38,353 nt of DNA from Opitutia bacterium (GCA_050506795.1 JBJHCF010000047.1:1-38353), one strand, 5' to 3'; positions 1-9,818 are shown, counted from the stretch's first letter. Made by a program: numbers and translations. Notes: generated from the letters alone by a model not told the origin.

Positions 1-439
1 GAGGGGCGTGCGGACGGCGATTCCAGGAGGGAACAACTCCGGCTGAAGCACGGACCTACGGCGGTAGCGCCCTGCTTTAGCGGGCGTCTGAGGGGCGTGC
101 GGACGGCGATTCCAGGGAACAACTCCGGCTGAAGCACGGAGCTACGGGGGTAGCGCCCTGCTTTAGCGGGCGTCTGAGGGGCGTTCGGACGGCGATTCCA
201 GGAGGGAACAACTCCGACTGAAGCACGGAGCTACGGGGGTAGCGCCCTGCTTTAGCGGGCGTCTGAGGGGCGTGCCGACGACGATTCCAGGGAACAACTC
301 CGGCTGAAGCACGGAGCTACGGCGGTAGCGCCCTGCTTTAGCGGGCGTCTGAGGGGCGTGCGGACGGCGATTCCAGGAGGGAACAACTCCGGCTGAAGCA
401 CGGAGCTACGGGGGTAGCGCCCTGCTTTAGCGGGCGTCT
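1..439. repeat. Tandem array (BIME-like) of GTAG-type REP doublets; 5 units, probably continuing beyond the left edge
   Basis: Units start at 1, 90, 176, 265 and 351 (89/86/89/86/89 bp). Each carries CCGGCTGAAGCACGGAGCTAC and the inverted relative GTAGCGCCCTGCTTTAGCGGG. There are no unique spacers. Confidence 0.9.
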
Positions 440-483
440 GTGCGGTGTTGGGACGGCGGCTCCAATGCGTTTAACTTCCAACT

Positions 484-2205
484 TCAAAACAGGCTCGCCA
501 AAATCACCCCGGCCACGGTGAGGAGGGTCAGGCCGACGCTTATCCCCAGCGAGGTGCGGTCGGCGTCGGGATCGTAGGATTCGCCGCTCTCGCTGCGCAG
601 ACGCAGGGATTTGAGCGGATTTCGGAACGGCGGCACGACGCGGGCAATCAGCCGGTCGAGGCCGGCTTCGCAGGCATCGAAGAAGCGGTTCACCCCGCCG
701 AGCACCACCAGGCCCGCATAGGGGGCCGAACGCCGGTACAGCCAGTCAACATCGAGCACGATCTTGGCTTCGCCCAGGATCTTGTGGCGAAAAAACCAGA
801 ACACCACAAACGTCCCCAGCGGGATTTGTAACGCCTTCGCCAGAAGGTCCGGGCGGTAGGCGAAAAAGTCTTCCGCGTAGGGAAGCTGTGCGTACTGGGC
901 GTACGGGTACACCCCGTAAAGCACACAAAACGCCGCCAGAATACCCATGGCGAGAAGCATATTGCCCGGAATGGGTTTTGGCGCCGGAAGTGCTTCGGGT
1001 GTTTTCCGATAAAACCAGGTGTAGTAGGGAAGCTTGATTCCCACGCTGAGAAAGGTTCCCACCGATGCCAACGCCAGCAGCGTGTACCCGAGGTCGCGGC
1101 TGTAGGCTGCCTCCATCACCATGCTTTTACTAACAAAGCCGTTGAAAAGGGGAAACCCGGAAATGGCGGCCGCCCCGACCAGGTAAAACACCACCACCCA
1201 GGGCATACGCTTCGCCAGGCCGCCAAGGTGGGTGAGCCGGGTTTCATTGACGGCGAACAGAACCGCGCCCGCGCCCATAAACATGAGCGTCTTGTAGAGG
1301 ATATTGTTGTAGGCGTGCGCCGTGGCTCCATTGATCGCGAACTCGCCTCCCAGCCCGATCGCCGCCACCATGTAACCGACCTGGCTGATAATGTGGTAAG
1401 CTAGAATCAGACGAATGTCATTGGCCAGCACCGCGTAGGAAACCGCGTACAGCGCCATGATCAGGCCGCAGACGTACAGGACTTCCCAGCCGGGAAAACA
1501 GACCGCCAGCACGTAAACCGCCGTCTTGGTGGTGAAGGCACTGAGAAAAATCGAGCCGGTTACAGTCGACTTGGGGTAACTGTCCGGCAGCCACGCGTGA
1601 AGTCCGGGCATGCCCGCGTTGACCAGCACCCCGATGAGAATAAGAATCTTCCCGGGCGACACCTCCGGGGCGAAAGCACGGATGGCCAGGTCGCCGGTGG
1701 CATAAAACTCCAGCACGATTCCCGCGAGCAGAAGGCTCCCCCCGAACAAGTGGAAGATAAGGTATCGGAACCCGGCGGCGCCGGCCTGGGGCGTGCCGCC
1801 GGCCCACACCAGCAACGCCGAGGCCACTGCCATCAACTCCCAAAAAATCAGGAGCGTGAAGAAGTCTCCCGCGAACACCACGCCCAGCGCCCCGCCGGCG
1901 TAAAGCATGGCCGCCAGTTGCTGACGCAGCTCGTGCATGTGCCAGGCGTAAATTCCCGCCGCCACCGAAACGCCGGCAAAGGCGAGTCCGAAGGCTTTCG
2001 ACAGCCCGCCCACCTGGAGAAATACCAGGTCATATCCAACAAAGGACACACCCACTGCGGTTCCGATCGGCAGGAGTGCGATATGCACCAAAGCCGCCGC
2101 CGGCAGGGCCACACAAACAGGCCCCCGCCAGCGCACCGGCAACAACGGCAACAACGCCGCTCCCACCAGCCAGAAGAGGACGGGAGGAAATTCAAGAGCG
2201 CTCAT
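484..2205 (-). CDS. Na+/H+ antiporter subunit D-like membrane protein (MrpD/NuoL-M family)
   Basis: 573 aa, highly hydrophobic; FWELM, LHAWLPDSYP, LSAFTTK and PLFNGFVSK motifs; last gene of the mrp operon. Confidence 0.85.
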   Translation of the reverse strand: MSALEFPPVLFWLVGAALLPLLPVRWRGPVCVALPAAALVHIALLPIGTAVGVSFVGYDLVFLQVGGLSKAFGLAFAGVSVAAGIYAWHMHELRQQLAAMLYAGGALGVVFAGDFFTLLIFWELMAVASALLVWAGGTPQAGAAGFRYLIFHLFGGSLLLAGIVLEFYATGDLAIRAFAPEVSPGKILILIGVLVNAGMPGLHAWLPDSYPKSTVTGSIFLSAFTTKTAVYVLAVCFPGWEVLYVCGLIMALYAVSYAVLANDIRLILAYHIISQVGYMVAAIGLGGEFAINGATAHAYNNILYKTLMFMGAGAVLFAVNETRLTHLGGLAKRMPWVVVFYLVGAAAISGFPLFNGFVSKSMVMEAAYSRDLGYTLLALASVGTFLSVGIKLPYYTWFYRKTPEALPAPKPIPGNMLLAMGILAAFCVLYGVYPYAQYAQLPYAEDFFAYRPDLLAKALQIPLGTFVVFWFFRHKILGEAKIVLDVDWLYRRSAPYAGLVVLGGVNRFFDACEAGLDRLIARVVPPFRNPLKSLRLRSESGESYDPDADRTSLGISVGLTLLTVAGVILASLF

Positions 2206-2389
2206 AATAATCCTCCTTGCGGCTGAGCACCTTCTTGGCCACCCCCTTGGTCAAAAAAAGCATCAGCAGACACCCCACCGCGCCGAACAAAGCGTAATAC
2301 ACCGGCAATGCCGAGGGCTTGTACCAGAAGTCCAGCACGGCCGTAAGCACCAATACCACCGCCAATACTATCCAAATATTCCTGTTCAT
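2192..2389 (-). CDS. Small two-TM membrane protein of the mrp operon
   Basis: 65 aa, two hydrophobic helices, C-terminal RKEDYYE; overlaps the next gene start by 14 nt. Confidence 0.7.
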   Translation of the reverse strand: MNRNIWIVLAVVLVLTAVLDFWYKPSALPVYYALFGAVGCLLMLFLTKGVAKKVLSRKEDYYERS

Positions 2390-2431
2390 ACGAAATAAAG
2401 AATCTTCTCTCCGTTTGCGGCCGGTTTGATT

Positions 2432-2454
2432 CGGCGGCTAAAGCACGCCGCTAT
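2432..2454. repeat. Single degenerate REP related to the 1-439 array
   Basis: CGGCGGCTAAAGCACGCCGCTAT resembles CCGGCTGAAGCACGGAGCTAC and forms a CGGCG/CGCCG stem. Confidence 0.5.
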
Positions 2455-2545
2455 CAAAAACTCCGGTTTCGAGTCCATCCTTCCAATTTCTCGTTTTATT
2501 GCCGTTTCCATCAATCAAGAACAAAGAACCACGCACCAGGAACCA

Positions 2546-4039
2546 TCATTGAACCAACACCGACTCCGCCACCGCCCTGGCCAGGTCGAACAGACCGAAG
2601 ATGGCATTCGGAAACAGGCAGAAGACAACCGACAGAAACGCCGTCAGGCAGAGCGGAACCACCATGAACGGTGATGCCTCGCCATATCCCTTGAACTGAT
2701 CCGACGCCCGGAAAAAGCCGCGGTACACGATGGGGAAGAGGTAAGCCGCATTCAGCAGGCCGCTGATCAGGAACACACAAAGCACGATAATCTGCCCCGC
2801 CTCCAGGCTTCCCATACAGAGGAACCATTTGCTGAGAAACCCGTTGATCGGCGGCAAACCCGCCAGTCCCATGGCTCCGATGGCGAACGCGGTGAAAGTC
2901 CACGGCATGGCCCGCCCGGCGCCGTCGAGGTCGGTGACGTTCTCCTTATGCAAATGAACGATGATCGCCCCGGCACAGAAGAAGAGCGTGATCTTCATGG
3001 TGGCGTGGGTCGATATGTGGAGAATACCCCCGGTAAAGCCGTCCGCGTTCAGCAGCGCCGCCCCCATGGCGATGTAGGACAAGTGCGCCACGGTGGAATA
3101 AGCCAGCCGCCGTTTCAGGTTGTTCTGTCGCAGGGCTATGATTGAGGCCAGCACGATGGTGAACCCGGCGAACACCGCCAGAATGATGTTCAGCCCGTGC
3201 GCCGCCATGACGTCGGGCCCGAACACAAATCCGACCATCCGCACCACTCCGAAGACCCCCGATTTGACCACCGCCACCGCGTGCAACAAGGCGCTCACCG
3301 GCGTCGGCGCTACCATGGCGGCCGGGAGCCAGCTGTGCAACGGCATGATACCACCTTTCACTCCCACGCCGATCATCAGCATGAAGAAGAGGACCCGCAT
3401 GCCTTCCGCGCTGATCATGCCTTCGTCCAGAATGCCGCCGGGTTGGAAATCGATGGTGCCGGTGACGCTGTAAATCCACCCGGCCCCGGCCACCATGAGC
3501 AGACCGGCGGTCAGCGCGTAGGCCAGATACTGTCGGCCGGCGCGGACGGCCTCCTTGTTTTCCGAGTGAACCACCAGCGGGTAGGTGGCCAGGGTCAGCA
3601 TCTCGTAAAAGATGATAAACGTCAGCAGGTTCCCGGCAAAGGCGATCCCGATGGTGGCGGACAGACTGATCGCAAAACTGGCGAAATAACGGGTTTGTTT
3701 CTTCTCATGGTGCCCCCGCATGTACCCGATCGAGTAGAACGAGGTCAGTATCCACAACCCGGATGCGATCACGGCGAAAAACACCCCGAAAGCATCCGCG
3801 CGCAGGCTCAACTCGATTCCCTCGGCGATCTCCAGGAGCACGAACTCCGCCACCCTTCCCTCCTGCGCGCCGGGAAGTAAAGTGAGCACCAGGCAAAACT
3901 TGATCACCGCCGCCAGTATGGTCCAAAACTCCCGCAGATTCGGACGGCGCGAAGACCACAGGATAAACGGCACCGCCATGAGCGACACCACCAGGGCCCA
4001 GAAGGGAATCGAAGAGCTGTAGGTTTCAGTCAAAGGCAC
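2546..4039 (-). CDS. Monovalent cation/H+ antiporter subunit D family protein
   Basis: 497 aa; FYEML, PLHSWLPAAMVAPTPVSALLHAVAVVK and LKRRLAYST motifs. Confidence 0.88.
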   Translation of the reverse strand: MPLTETYSSSIPFWALVVSLMAVPFILWSSRRPNLREFWTILAAVIKFCLVLTLLPGAQEGRVAEFVLLEIAEGIELSLRADAFGVFFAVIASGLWILTSFYSIGYMRGHHEKKQTRYFASFAISLSATIGIAFAGNLLTFIIFYEMLTLATYPLVVHSENKEAVRAGRQYLAYALTAGLLMVAGAGWIYSVTGTIDFQPGGILDEGMISAEGMRVLFFMLMIGVGVKGGIMPLHSWLPAAMVAPTPVSALLHAVAVVKSGVFGVVRMVGFVFGPDVMAAHGLNIILAVFAGFTIVLASIIALRQNNLKRRLAYSTVAHLSYIAMGAALLNADGFTGGILHISTHATMKITLFFCAGAIIVHLHKENVTDLDGAGRAMPWTFTAFAIGAMGLAGLPPINGFLSKWFLCMGSLEAGQIIVLCVFLISGLLNAAYLFPIVYRGFFRASDQFKGYGEASPFMVVPLCLTAFLSVVFCLFPNAIFGLFDLARAVAESVLVQ

Positions 4040-4065
4040 GGTTGGACATTAGTTTGGCGGGAGGA

Positions 4066-5577
4066 TCACAATCCCCCGGGAATCATCGGCCGAATAAATC
4101 GGACCACGATAAACGCGTTGAAAAGACCGAGCACCAGCAGGCTCGCGCCGAGGAAAACGGTGGGAAAAAGCATCGACCCGGACACTTCCTCGCGCCCGAC
4201 GGTTTCGTCCTCGCGCTCGCTGGCGTCGTCGTAGGCTTCACCATCGTCGCGGAGATAAATCTTCTCCAGCACCCGGAAGAAATAGACAACGTTGAGCAAG
4301 CTGCTGATGAGGATCACGGCCAGAAAGATGTAATTGGATTTTTCCCACGACCCCAGGACCAGGTACCACTTACTGAAGAACCCGGCGGTCGGCGGCAGAC
4401 CGATCATGGAAATCGCCGCCACGGTAAAGGCGGCCATGGTCCAGGGCATTCGAATACGGTAACTGCGGTCGAATTTTGTGATGCGACAGTGGCCGAAACG
4501 GGTCAGCACGTTCGTGTTCACCATGAAGAGGCAAGCCTTCATCACCGCGTGGTTCAAGGTGTGCAACACCGCCCCGATCAGACCGTAGGGGGAGGCCAAC
4601 CCCACCCCGAGCGCAATGTAGCCGACTTGGGAGACACTGCTGAATGCCAGCATCCGCTTGAGATCGCTTTGGGCGATCGCCATCAACGACCCCCAGACGA
4701 TTCCGGCGGCGCCCAGGTAACCGATGATCAGGGTGAGCGGAATCTCGTCGCGCACGTAGTCCGGATCGAACATGAAAAAGCAGGTCCGGATCAACACGTA
4801 GGCCGCCACCTTGGTGCCGATGGGCGCGACGAGGTTTGTGGCGGTGGAGGTGGCGTAGGTGTACGCGTCGGACAACCACCCGTGCATCGGAAAGAGCGCC
4901 ATCTTCAGGCCGATGCCGAACACGATCAGCACCAGTCCGGCCATCGTCGCCGGCGACTCGCCCATTACCGGAATCACGTCGGCCACGTCCCGCATGTTGA
5001 GGGAACCGGTTTCCATGAACAGGAACGCCACTCCCAGGAGGTAGAACGAGGCGCCGATGGTTCCCAGGATCAGGTAACGAAACGCCGCCACCGGCGCTTT
5101 TTTGTCGCCCACCGCCACCAGCGCGTACCCGGCCAGCGAACTGATTTCCAGGAACACGTACAGGTTAAAAAGGTCCCCGGTCAACAGAATGCCGGTCAGA
5201 CCGCCGAGCAGCAGCATGGCGGCGCTGTAGAAAGGGATGGTTTTGTCGCGCGTCTCCAGCTCGACCACCGATTTGCCGTGCAGGAAAACGAAGAACGCCA
5301 TCCCGGTCACCACCGCACAGAAAAAGGCGGAAAGCGGATCCATGACCAATTCGATGCCCATGGGCGGCGCCCAGCCGCCGAGGTGATAAGACACCGCGCC
5401 GTGCGTGACCACGTAAATCAGCCCCCCGATCGAGGCCAGAAAGGCGAGCGCGGTGGATACCACCGCCGCCGCCCAGGCGCCGTACCGCCGCCGGTACGGA
5501 AACAGGGCGGCAATCAACGCCCCGAAAAACGGCGGCAGAAGAATGCCGACGGCCAGATGCTCCCAGGCGCTCATCAT
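4066..5577 (-). CDS. mrpD: Na+/H+ antiporter subunit D
   Basis: GDLFNLYVFLEI, KMALFPMHGWL, LKRMLAFSSVSQVGY and GLPPTAGFFSKW motifs; coupled to mrpC by an ATGA overlap. Confidence 0.88.
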   Translation of the reverse strand: MMSAWEHLAVGILLPPFFGALIAALFPYRRRYGAWAAAVVSTALAFLASIGGLIYVVTHGAVSYHLGGWAPPMGIELVMDPLSAFFCAVVTGMAFFVFLHGKSVVELETRDKTIPFYSAAMLLLGGLTGILLTGDLFNLYVFLEISSLAGYALVAVGDKKAPVAAFRYLILGTIGASFYLLGVAFLFMETGSLNMRDVADVIPVMGESPATMAGLVLIVFGIGLKMALFPMHGWLSDAYTYATSTATNLVAPIGTKVAAYVLIRTCFFMFDPDYVRDEIPLTLIIGYLGAAGIVWGSLMAIAQSDLKRMLAFSSVSQVGYIALGVGLASPYGLIGAVLHTLNHAVMKACLFMVNTNVLTRFGHCRITKFDRSYRIRMPWTMAAFTVAAISMIGLPPTAGFFSKWYLVLGSWEKSNYIFLAVILISSLLNVVYFFRVLEKIYLRDDGEAYDDASEREDETVGREEVSGSMLFPTVFLGASLLVLGLFNAFIVVRFIRPMIPGGL

Positions 5578-5948
5578 TCGCCCCGCATCCTTTCCATCAA
5601 TTCGGGCTCCTCAAGGGTCCCGTAGTTACGGTAGATGGCGATCAACAGGGCGAAGGCGACGCCGACAATGGCGACGCCCACCACGATGGCGGTCAGCATG
5701 AGGGTGTGAGGCAAAGGGTTCAGGTAGTTGGCCACCTCGTCGGTGGGATAGGCCGCGGTCCGAATGGGCACCGTGGCGTCCCACTTGAAGGCCGCGGCCA
5801 CGAACAGGAGAATAATCGAATTCTGAAAGATGATCATGCCGATCACCTTTTTCATCAGATTCTTTTTCATGAGCATCCCGTACAGTCCGACGACGAGCAG
5901 CAGCATGATGGCCCAGTAGGCGTAATAATCGTGCAGCAAATCAACCAT
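5574..5948 (-). CDS. mrpC: Na+/H+ antiporter subunit C
   Basis: 124 aa; NLMKKVIG and NPLPHTLMLTAIVVG signatures. Confidence 0.92.
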   Translation of the reverse strand: MVDLLHDYYAYWAIMLLLVVGLYGMLMKKNLMKKVIGMIIFQNSIILLFVAAAFKWDATVPIRTAAYPTDEVANYLNPLPHTLMLTAIVVGVAIVGVAFALLIAIYRNYGTLEEPELMERMRGE

Positions 5949-6432
5949 GGGGACCCTCCTTCTCCGCCACCTTGCGGTCCGCCAGCGCCGGGCGCTCTTC
6001 CGGCGGAGTTCCCAGCAGATCGTCGAAAATGCCGACCAGCACCGTCATCACCGCCAGCCCGATGCCGAACTCAACCAGGAGAATGCCATAGTAGCGCACC
6101 ATCGGCTCCTCGATTCCGGGCACCGGCACGGCCCCGTAATCCATGTAATGCCCCCCGAACGCCAGGGTGATCAGACCCACCCCGGCGAAGAGCAAAGCGC
6201 CGATCGCCGCCAGGGGAATGGCGGCCTCGGTCGAAACCTCCCGCTGCGACTCCTTCCGGCCGTGTCCCATCCGCATGAGAATGACCCCGGCGGCCAGCAA
6301 CGCCCCGCCCTGGAATCCGCCGCCCGGACTGTAATGCCCGTGAATGATCACATAGATCCCGAAAACCTGGATCAACCGCGCCAGGGCGCGGCTGGCGACC
6401 AGGATGATAATACTGATCGACCGGTGGGTCAT
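5941..6432 (-). CDS. mrpB: Na+/H+ antiporter subunit B (MnhB domain)
   Basis: HGHYSPGGGFQGG signature. Confidence 0.9.
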   Translation of the reverse strand: MTHRSISIIILVASRALARLIQVFGIYVIIHGHYSPGGGFQGGALLAAGVILMRMGHGRKESQREVSTEAAIPLAAIGALLFAGVGLITLAFGGHYMDYGAVPVPGIEEPMVRYYGILLVEFGIGLAVMTVLVGIFDDLLGTPPEERPALADRKVAEKEGPHG

Positions 6433-6734
6433 GACCCGCCCTCCTTTCGGCGCCGAAGAATCAGGCAGCAGGCGATGCCGGCGGTAAACACCACGATCAC
6501 TTCACCCAGTGTATCCACGCTGCGATAATCGGCCAGAACCACCGTCACCATGTTCGGCGTGGCGGCGTCACGGTAGGCGTAACGGATAAAGTAGGCGCCG
6601 GCCACCGGGTTCCCCACCAGGTTCTCTTCCCGGTGCATGGGAGCGTCGGCGTTTCCCCGCTCGGGCAGGTGGAGCGTGGCGTAAACCATCAGACCGGCGA
6701 AGATGGCCAGCAATACGTAATTAAGCGCCTTCAA
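6429..6734 (-). CDS. MbhE-like antiporter subunit (split MrpA/B segment)
   Basis: PNMVTVVLADYRSVDTLGE motif; translationally coupled on both sides. Confidence 0.85.
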   Translation of the reverse strand: MKALNYVLLAIFAGLMVYATLHLPERGNADAPMHREENLVGNPVAGAYFIRYAYRDAATPNMVTVVLADYRSVDTLGEVIVVFTAGIACCLILRRRKEGGS

Positions 6735-6976
6735 TCCTTGGTCCTCCTTGAAGTCTGGTAAATCGCGGCGAAAAAGTAGACCCCGACAATGCCCGCGCCC
6801 ACCACGGCCTCGGTGAAGCCGACGTCGATCGCGCCCATGGAGACGAACAACAGCGCCATGGTGAAAGTGAACGCCGTGGCGGCGGCCGCGCCGGCCACCA
6901 GGTCCCTGACCGACAGCGAAAGCAGCGCGGTGGTCACCAACAACAGGTAAAGCACGATTTCAACCAGCCAGTTCAT
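6731..6976 (-). CDS. DUF4040/MbhD-like antiporter subunit
   Basis: 81 aa, three TM helices; AIDVGFTEAVVGAG motif. Confidence 0.85.
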   Translation of the reverse strand: MNWLVEIVLYLLLVTTALLSLSVRDLVAGAAAATAFTFTMALLFVSMGAIDVGFTEAVVGAGIVGVYFFAAIYQTSRRTKD

Positions 6977-6979
6977 CGC

Positions 6980-7306
6980 TCAGTCCCCTTTGTCCTCCCT
7001 TTTTGGTTTCACCCACGGACGTTCGCCGTGGTACCAGGCCGCCCGCGAGAGCGCGTGAATCGCCACCGGGTTGGCCAGCATGATGACCGCGATGGCGATA
7101 AAGATCTTGCCGGTCGCCAGGGTGAAACCCTCGTACACCGCCAACCCCAACAGCAGGAAGATTATCCCGGTGGTATCGACTTTGCTGGCCGCGTGGGTGC
7201 GGGTGAAGAAATCCGGCAGGCGCAGAATGCCGATGCTGCCCACCAGCATGGTCAGCAAGCCCACCACAATGAGGAAGGCAGCCAATCCGTTTTGAATCCA
7301 GGTCAC
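6980..7306 (-). CDS. mrpG: Na+/H+ antiporter subunit G
   Basis: GILRLPDFFTRTHAASK and NPVAIHALSRAA motifs. Confidence 0.92.
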   Translation of the reverse strand: MTWIQNGLAAFLIVVGLLTMLVGSIGILRLPDFFTRTHAASKVDTTGIIFLLLGLAVYEGFTLATGKIFIAIAVIMLANPVAIHALSRAAWYHGERPWVKPKREDKGD

Positions 7307-7584
7307 GACGACGCCCCCCTTCCCTGTTTGCTGAAATACTTGGCCACCGCGATTCCGGCGATGAAGTTCAGCGTGGCGTAGGCCAACGCGATGTCGGCGA
7401 ACATGTAAAACCGATCGTAGAGAAACCCGAAAATGCAGAGCAGACCCACCGTTTTGGCGCCCATGGCCCCGATGGCGAGCAGCCGGTCAAACGCCGTCGG
7501 GCCCCGCACCACGCGATAAAAGGGAATCAGAATGATCGCGACCAATGCGGCCGCCGCGCCGGTTAAAAAGATATCCATGGTCAC
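7303..7584 (-). CDS. mrpF: Na+/H+ antiporter subunit F
   Basis: RVVRGPTAFDRLLA and DIALAYATLNF motifs. Confidence 0.92.
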   Translation of the reverse strand: MTMDIFLTGAAAALVAIILIPFYRVVRGPTAFDRLLAIGAMGAKTVGLLCIFGFLYDRFYMFADIALAYATLNFIAGIAVAKYFSKQGRGASS

Positions 7585-8162
7585 AGGTCTCTGAAATCCC
7601 GGATCTTCCGCCCGTCATAAACGGCCTGTTCCCCCGAGGCCCCAAAAAGCCGCGCCACGTGCCGGGGAATCTCCCCTTCCAGCAATTCATCCGCGTTGTC
7701 CTCGGTCAGGGCATGCACCCGGTAGCGATCGTTCAGCACCTCGATGGTCAAGGTCCCCGGCGTCAGGGTGATGGAATTTCCCAGGGTCACCCGGGCGACC
7801 GAATGGGGTTGCGAACTCTTGAACTCCACAAAACAGGGATTAATGTCCATTTTTCGTCCGAGCACAATGCAGGCCACCTGCCAGGTCGCCTTGATCATCT
7901 GGACCGCCAACCAAGGTACGTAGAAAGGAAATCGGTGAAAATGCGCCAGGAGCGCCTGATCGGCCTTTTCCTCGACGCTGCCGGGCATACGCCGGTCGAG
8001 CCACATAACAATGCCCACGGCGATCAGGCCAAAACCCAGATGCACCAGGTCGAACTGACCGCTCATCATCACCCAAAACACGAACAACACCGCCGCCTCG
8101 CGCCAGAAAAAGCCCCGGCCCGGTTTCGAATCTGCTGAACTGACGGATGGTTCTCTCGCCAT
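7581..8162 (-). CDS. mrpE: Na+/H+ antiporter subunit E
   Basis: LGNSITLTPGTLT motif. Start placed at ATG 8162 because the longer ORF reads through REP repeats. Confidence 0.88.
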   Translation of the reverse strand: MAREPSVSSADSKPGRGFFWREAAVLFVFWVMMSGQFDLVHLGFGLIAVGIVMWLDRRMPGSVEEKADQALLAHFHRFPFYVPWLAVQMIKATWQVACIVLGRKMDINPCFVEFKSSQPHSVARVTLGNSITLTPGTLTIEVLNDRYRVHALTEDNADELLEGEIPRHVARLFGASGEQAVYDGRKIRDFRDL

Positions 8163-8289
8163 GACAGATATGCATGAAGAATCCAGCCCGCCAGTCAACC
8201 GTTTCGCGTAAAAACACCACCGAATCCCCCCGAAGCGCGACGCTCCCGATCCGAACTCACAACGGCGACCGCCGCCACACCCGTCCCCC

Positions 8290-8457
8290 CTGGTGGGCGG
8301 CGCTCCCGCGCCGCCGCCGAACGCCCAACGACGACCGCCGCAAAACCCGTACCCCCCTTGGAGGGCGGCGGGGATGGACCTCCCGGGCGCCCGGGAACGT
8401 AATCGTCGCCGTTCCCGGTCGGGACGCGTACGGCCATGGCGGAGCATGGCCCTCCAG
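8290..8457 (-). repeat. GGAGGG-type REP cluster including an inverted, internally shortened copy of the ~124-bp doublet
   Basis: 8358-8457 is the reverse complement of the 12437-12560 unit with a deletion; 8290-8316 is a further half-unit. Confidence 0.85.
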
Positions 8458-8671
8458 CGGAGAGAATCGCGTCGATGGGTGTGTTCGCATTCAAACCGCC
8501 TGTGACAGGCGCCCGAGGAAAAGCGATAAAATTCTGTAAAATATTGTTCTGTAAACAGTTCTACCTTGCTATCGCAGCGAGCCTCCGCTCTCATCAATTA
8601 TTGATCTGTCAGGACAGATCCTATCGAACACCGATGACAGCTCCGGCCCCCCACCGGAAACCCGTCAAATC

Positions 8672-9580
8672 GTGAAATTTCGCTTTCAACAGGGACTTTT
8701 AGCTGGATACGCGCCCTTCGTCGTGTTGCTGCTGGTGACCGCCTACCTCGGCATCACCTGGACCCTGGTGGTCCTGGTGGATTTTCTGAACCTCGGCGGG
8801 GTGCAGACCGGGATGGTGGAGAATCAGTCCACAATGCCTTTGATCTGGTACCACCTCTTCTCCGAAGGCCGCTGGACCGAGCGCGGCCAATGGGTGTTGC
8901 TGGGAGGGTGCGCTCTGTGCGCGTTCTCGATGTGGCGATGGACCCGCCGGGAAGCGGTCGCCGAACTCCGAACCGCGATGTTTCTTCTGACCGCGGGCGT
9001 CTGCCTCTTACTGGTTCCCGCCTGCTTTGATACTACCGCTGTCCCGGTTGCCGCCGGAACCTTTTGGACGGTCGGCAGCAGCCTGTTCGTAGCGTCCCTG
9101 ATATTCGGACCCGTCGTGGTGCTCTTCCTGTACCGTCGATTCTCACGCCGGGTTTACCGTCTGACCTTTGTCGCCTGCGGTTTTTACGCGATCGCCGGAA
9201 TCGGCCTGATCCTGAAAGGCCTGAGTCAATGGCAGGAAAACCTCGGTCAGTGGATCATACTGCGTTTCGATCTGGCGGCACTGCCGGCCTGGGCTCACAC
9301 GCTCGAGAACGCGACCATCGAAAGCGGCGGCGCCACCCTGGGGCATCTCCTGACCCTTCACCTTTTCACCGGAAGCCTCGAACTGATGGCCGCCGGCGTG
9401 TTGCTCGCCGCCTTCCTGGCCATTCGTACCGAACTTCTCAATACGGACAACGGAAACAGTTCCCGCCGCCACGACCGGGAAGCCCAGGTACTCTTTAAAG
9501 TGGTTCGCCGCGGACTCGATAACACCCATCGCCGACACATCACTCACTCCCGGCCACCGGCCGCCTGCGCGATCCGTTGA
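8672..9580 (+). CDS. Hypothetical multi-pass membrane protein
   Basis: 302-aa ORF with about six hydrophobic segments; no family recognised. Confidence 0.6.
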   Translation: MKFRFQQGLLAGYAPFVVLLLVTAYLGITWTLVVLVDFLNLGGVQTGMVENQSTMPLIWYHLFSEGRWTERGQWVLLGGCALCAFSMWRWTRREAVAELRTAMFLLTAGVCLLLVPACFDTTAVPVAAGTFWTVGSSLFVASLIFGPVVVLFLYRRFSRRVYRLTFVACGFYAIAGIGLILKGLSQWQENLGQWIILRFDLAALPAWAHTLENATIESGGATLGHLLTLHLFTGSLELMAAGVLLAAFLAIRTELLNTDNGNSSRRHDREAQVLFKVVRRGLDNTHRRHITHSRPPAACAIR

Positions 9581-9636
9581 GGGGATAATCGGTTACAGTT
9601 GTCCGTTGTCGGTTGTCGCGAAACGCCTGTATCGTC

Positions 9637-9658
9637 GTAGGTCCGTGCTTTCAGCCGG
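9637..9658 (+). repeat. Single GTAG REP of the 1-439 family
   Basis: GTAGGTCCGTGCTTTCAGCCGG equals the reverse complement of the unit-1 arm CCGGCTGAAGCACGGACCTAC plus one T. Confidence 0.8.
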
Positions 9659-9717
9659 ACCGAGGTACGCATGGATACGTAGATCACCGCCTCGGCGTAG
9701 GACACGCAATCCACCCC

Positions 9718-9752
9718 CTGGAGGGCCATGCTCCGCCATGGCCGCGAGCGGC
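9718..9752 (+). repeat. Half copy of the GGAGGG-type REP doublet
   Basis: CTGGAGGGCCATGCTCCGCCATGGCCGCGAGCGGC is identical to the start of the unit at 12437. Confidence 0.85.
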
Positions 9753-9818
9753 GCCGGTGAAATTCCGAACGAAGCAACCGCTTGACTTGGTTCGAAATCT
9801 AGTCCACATTCGAAAGAG

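Noticed and set aside
1..439. CRISPR array
   Set aside because: Whole units repeat with no unique spacers, and there are no cas genes in the window.
4042..5625. Long plus-strand ORF (also 17086-18600, 18655-19764, 24732-25760, 27594-28607)
   Set aside because: Antisense shadows of well-supported genes in high-GC DNA, with no recognisable motifs.
8163..8597. 145-aa N-terminal extension of MrpE
   Set aside because: It is a read-through of GC-rich REP repeats; MrpE-like sequence begins near 8162.
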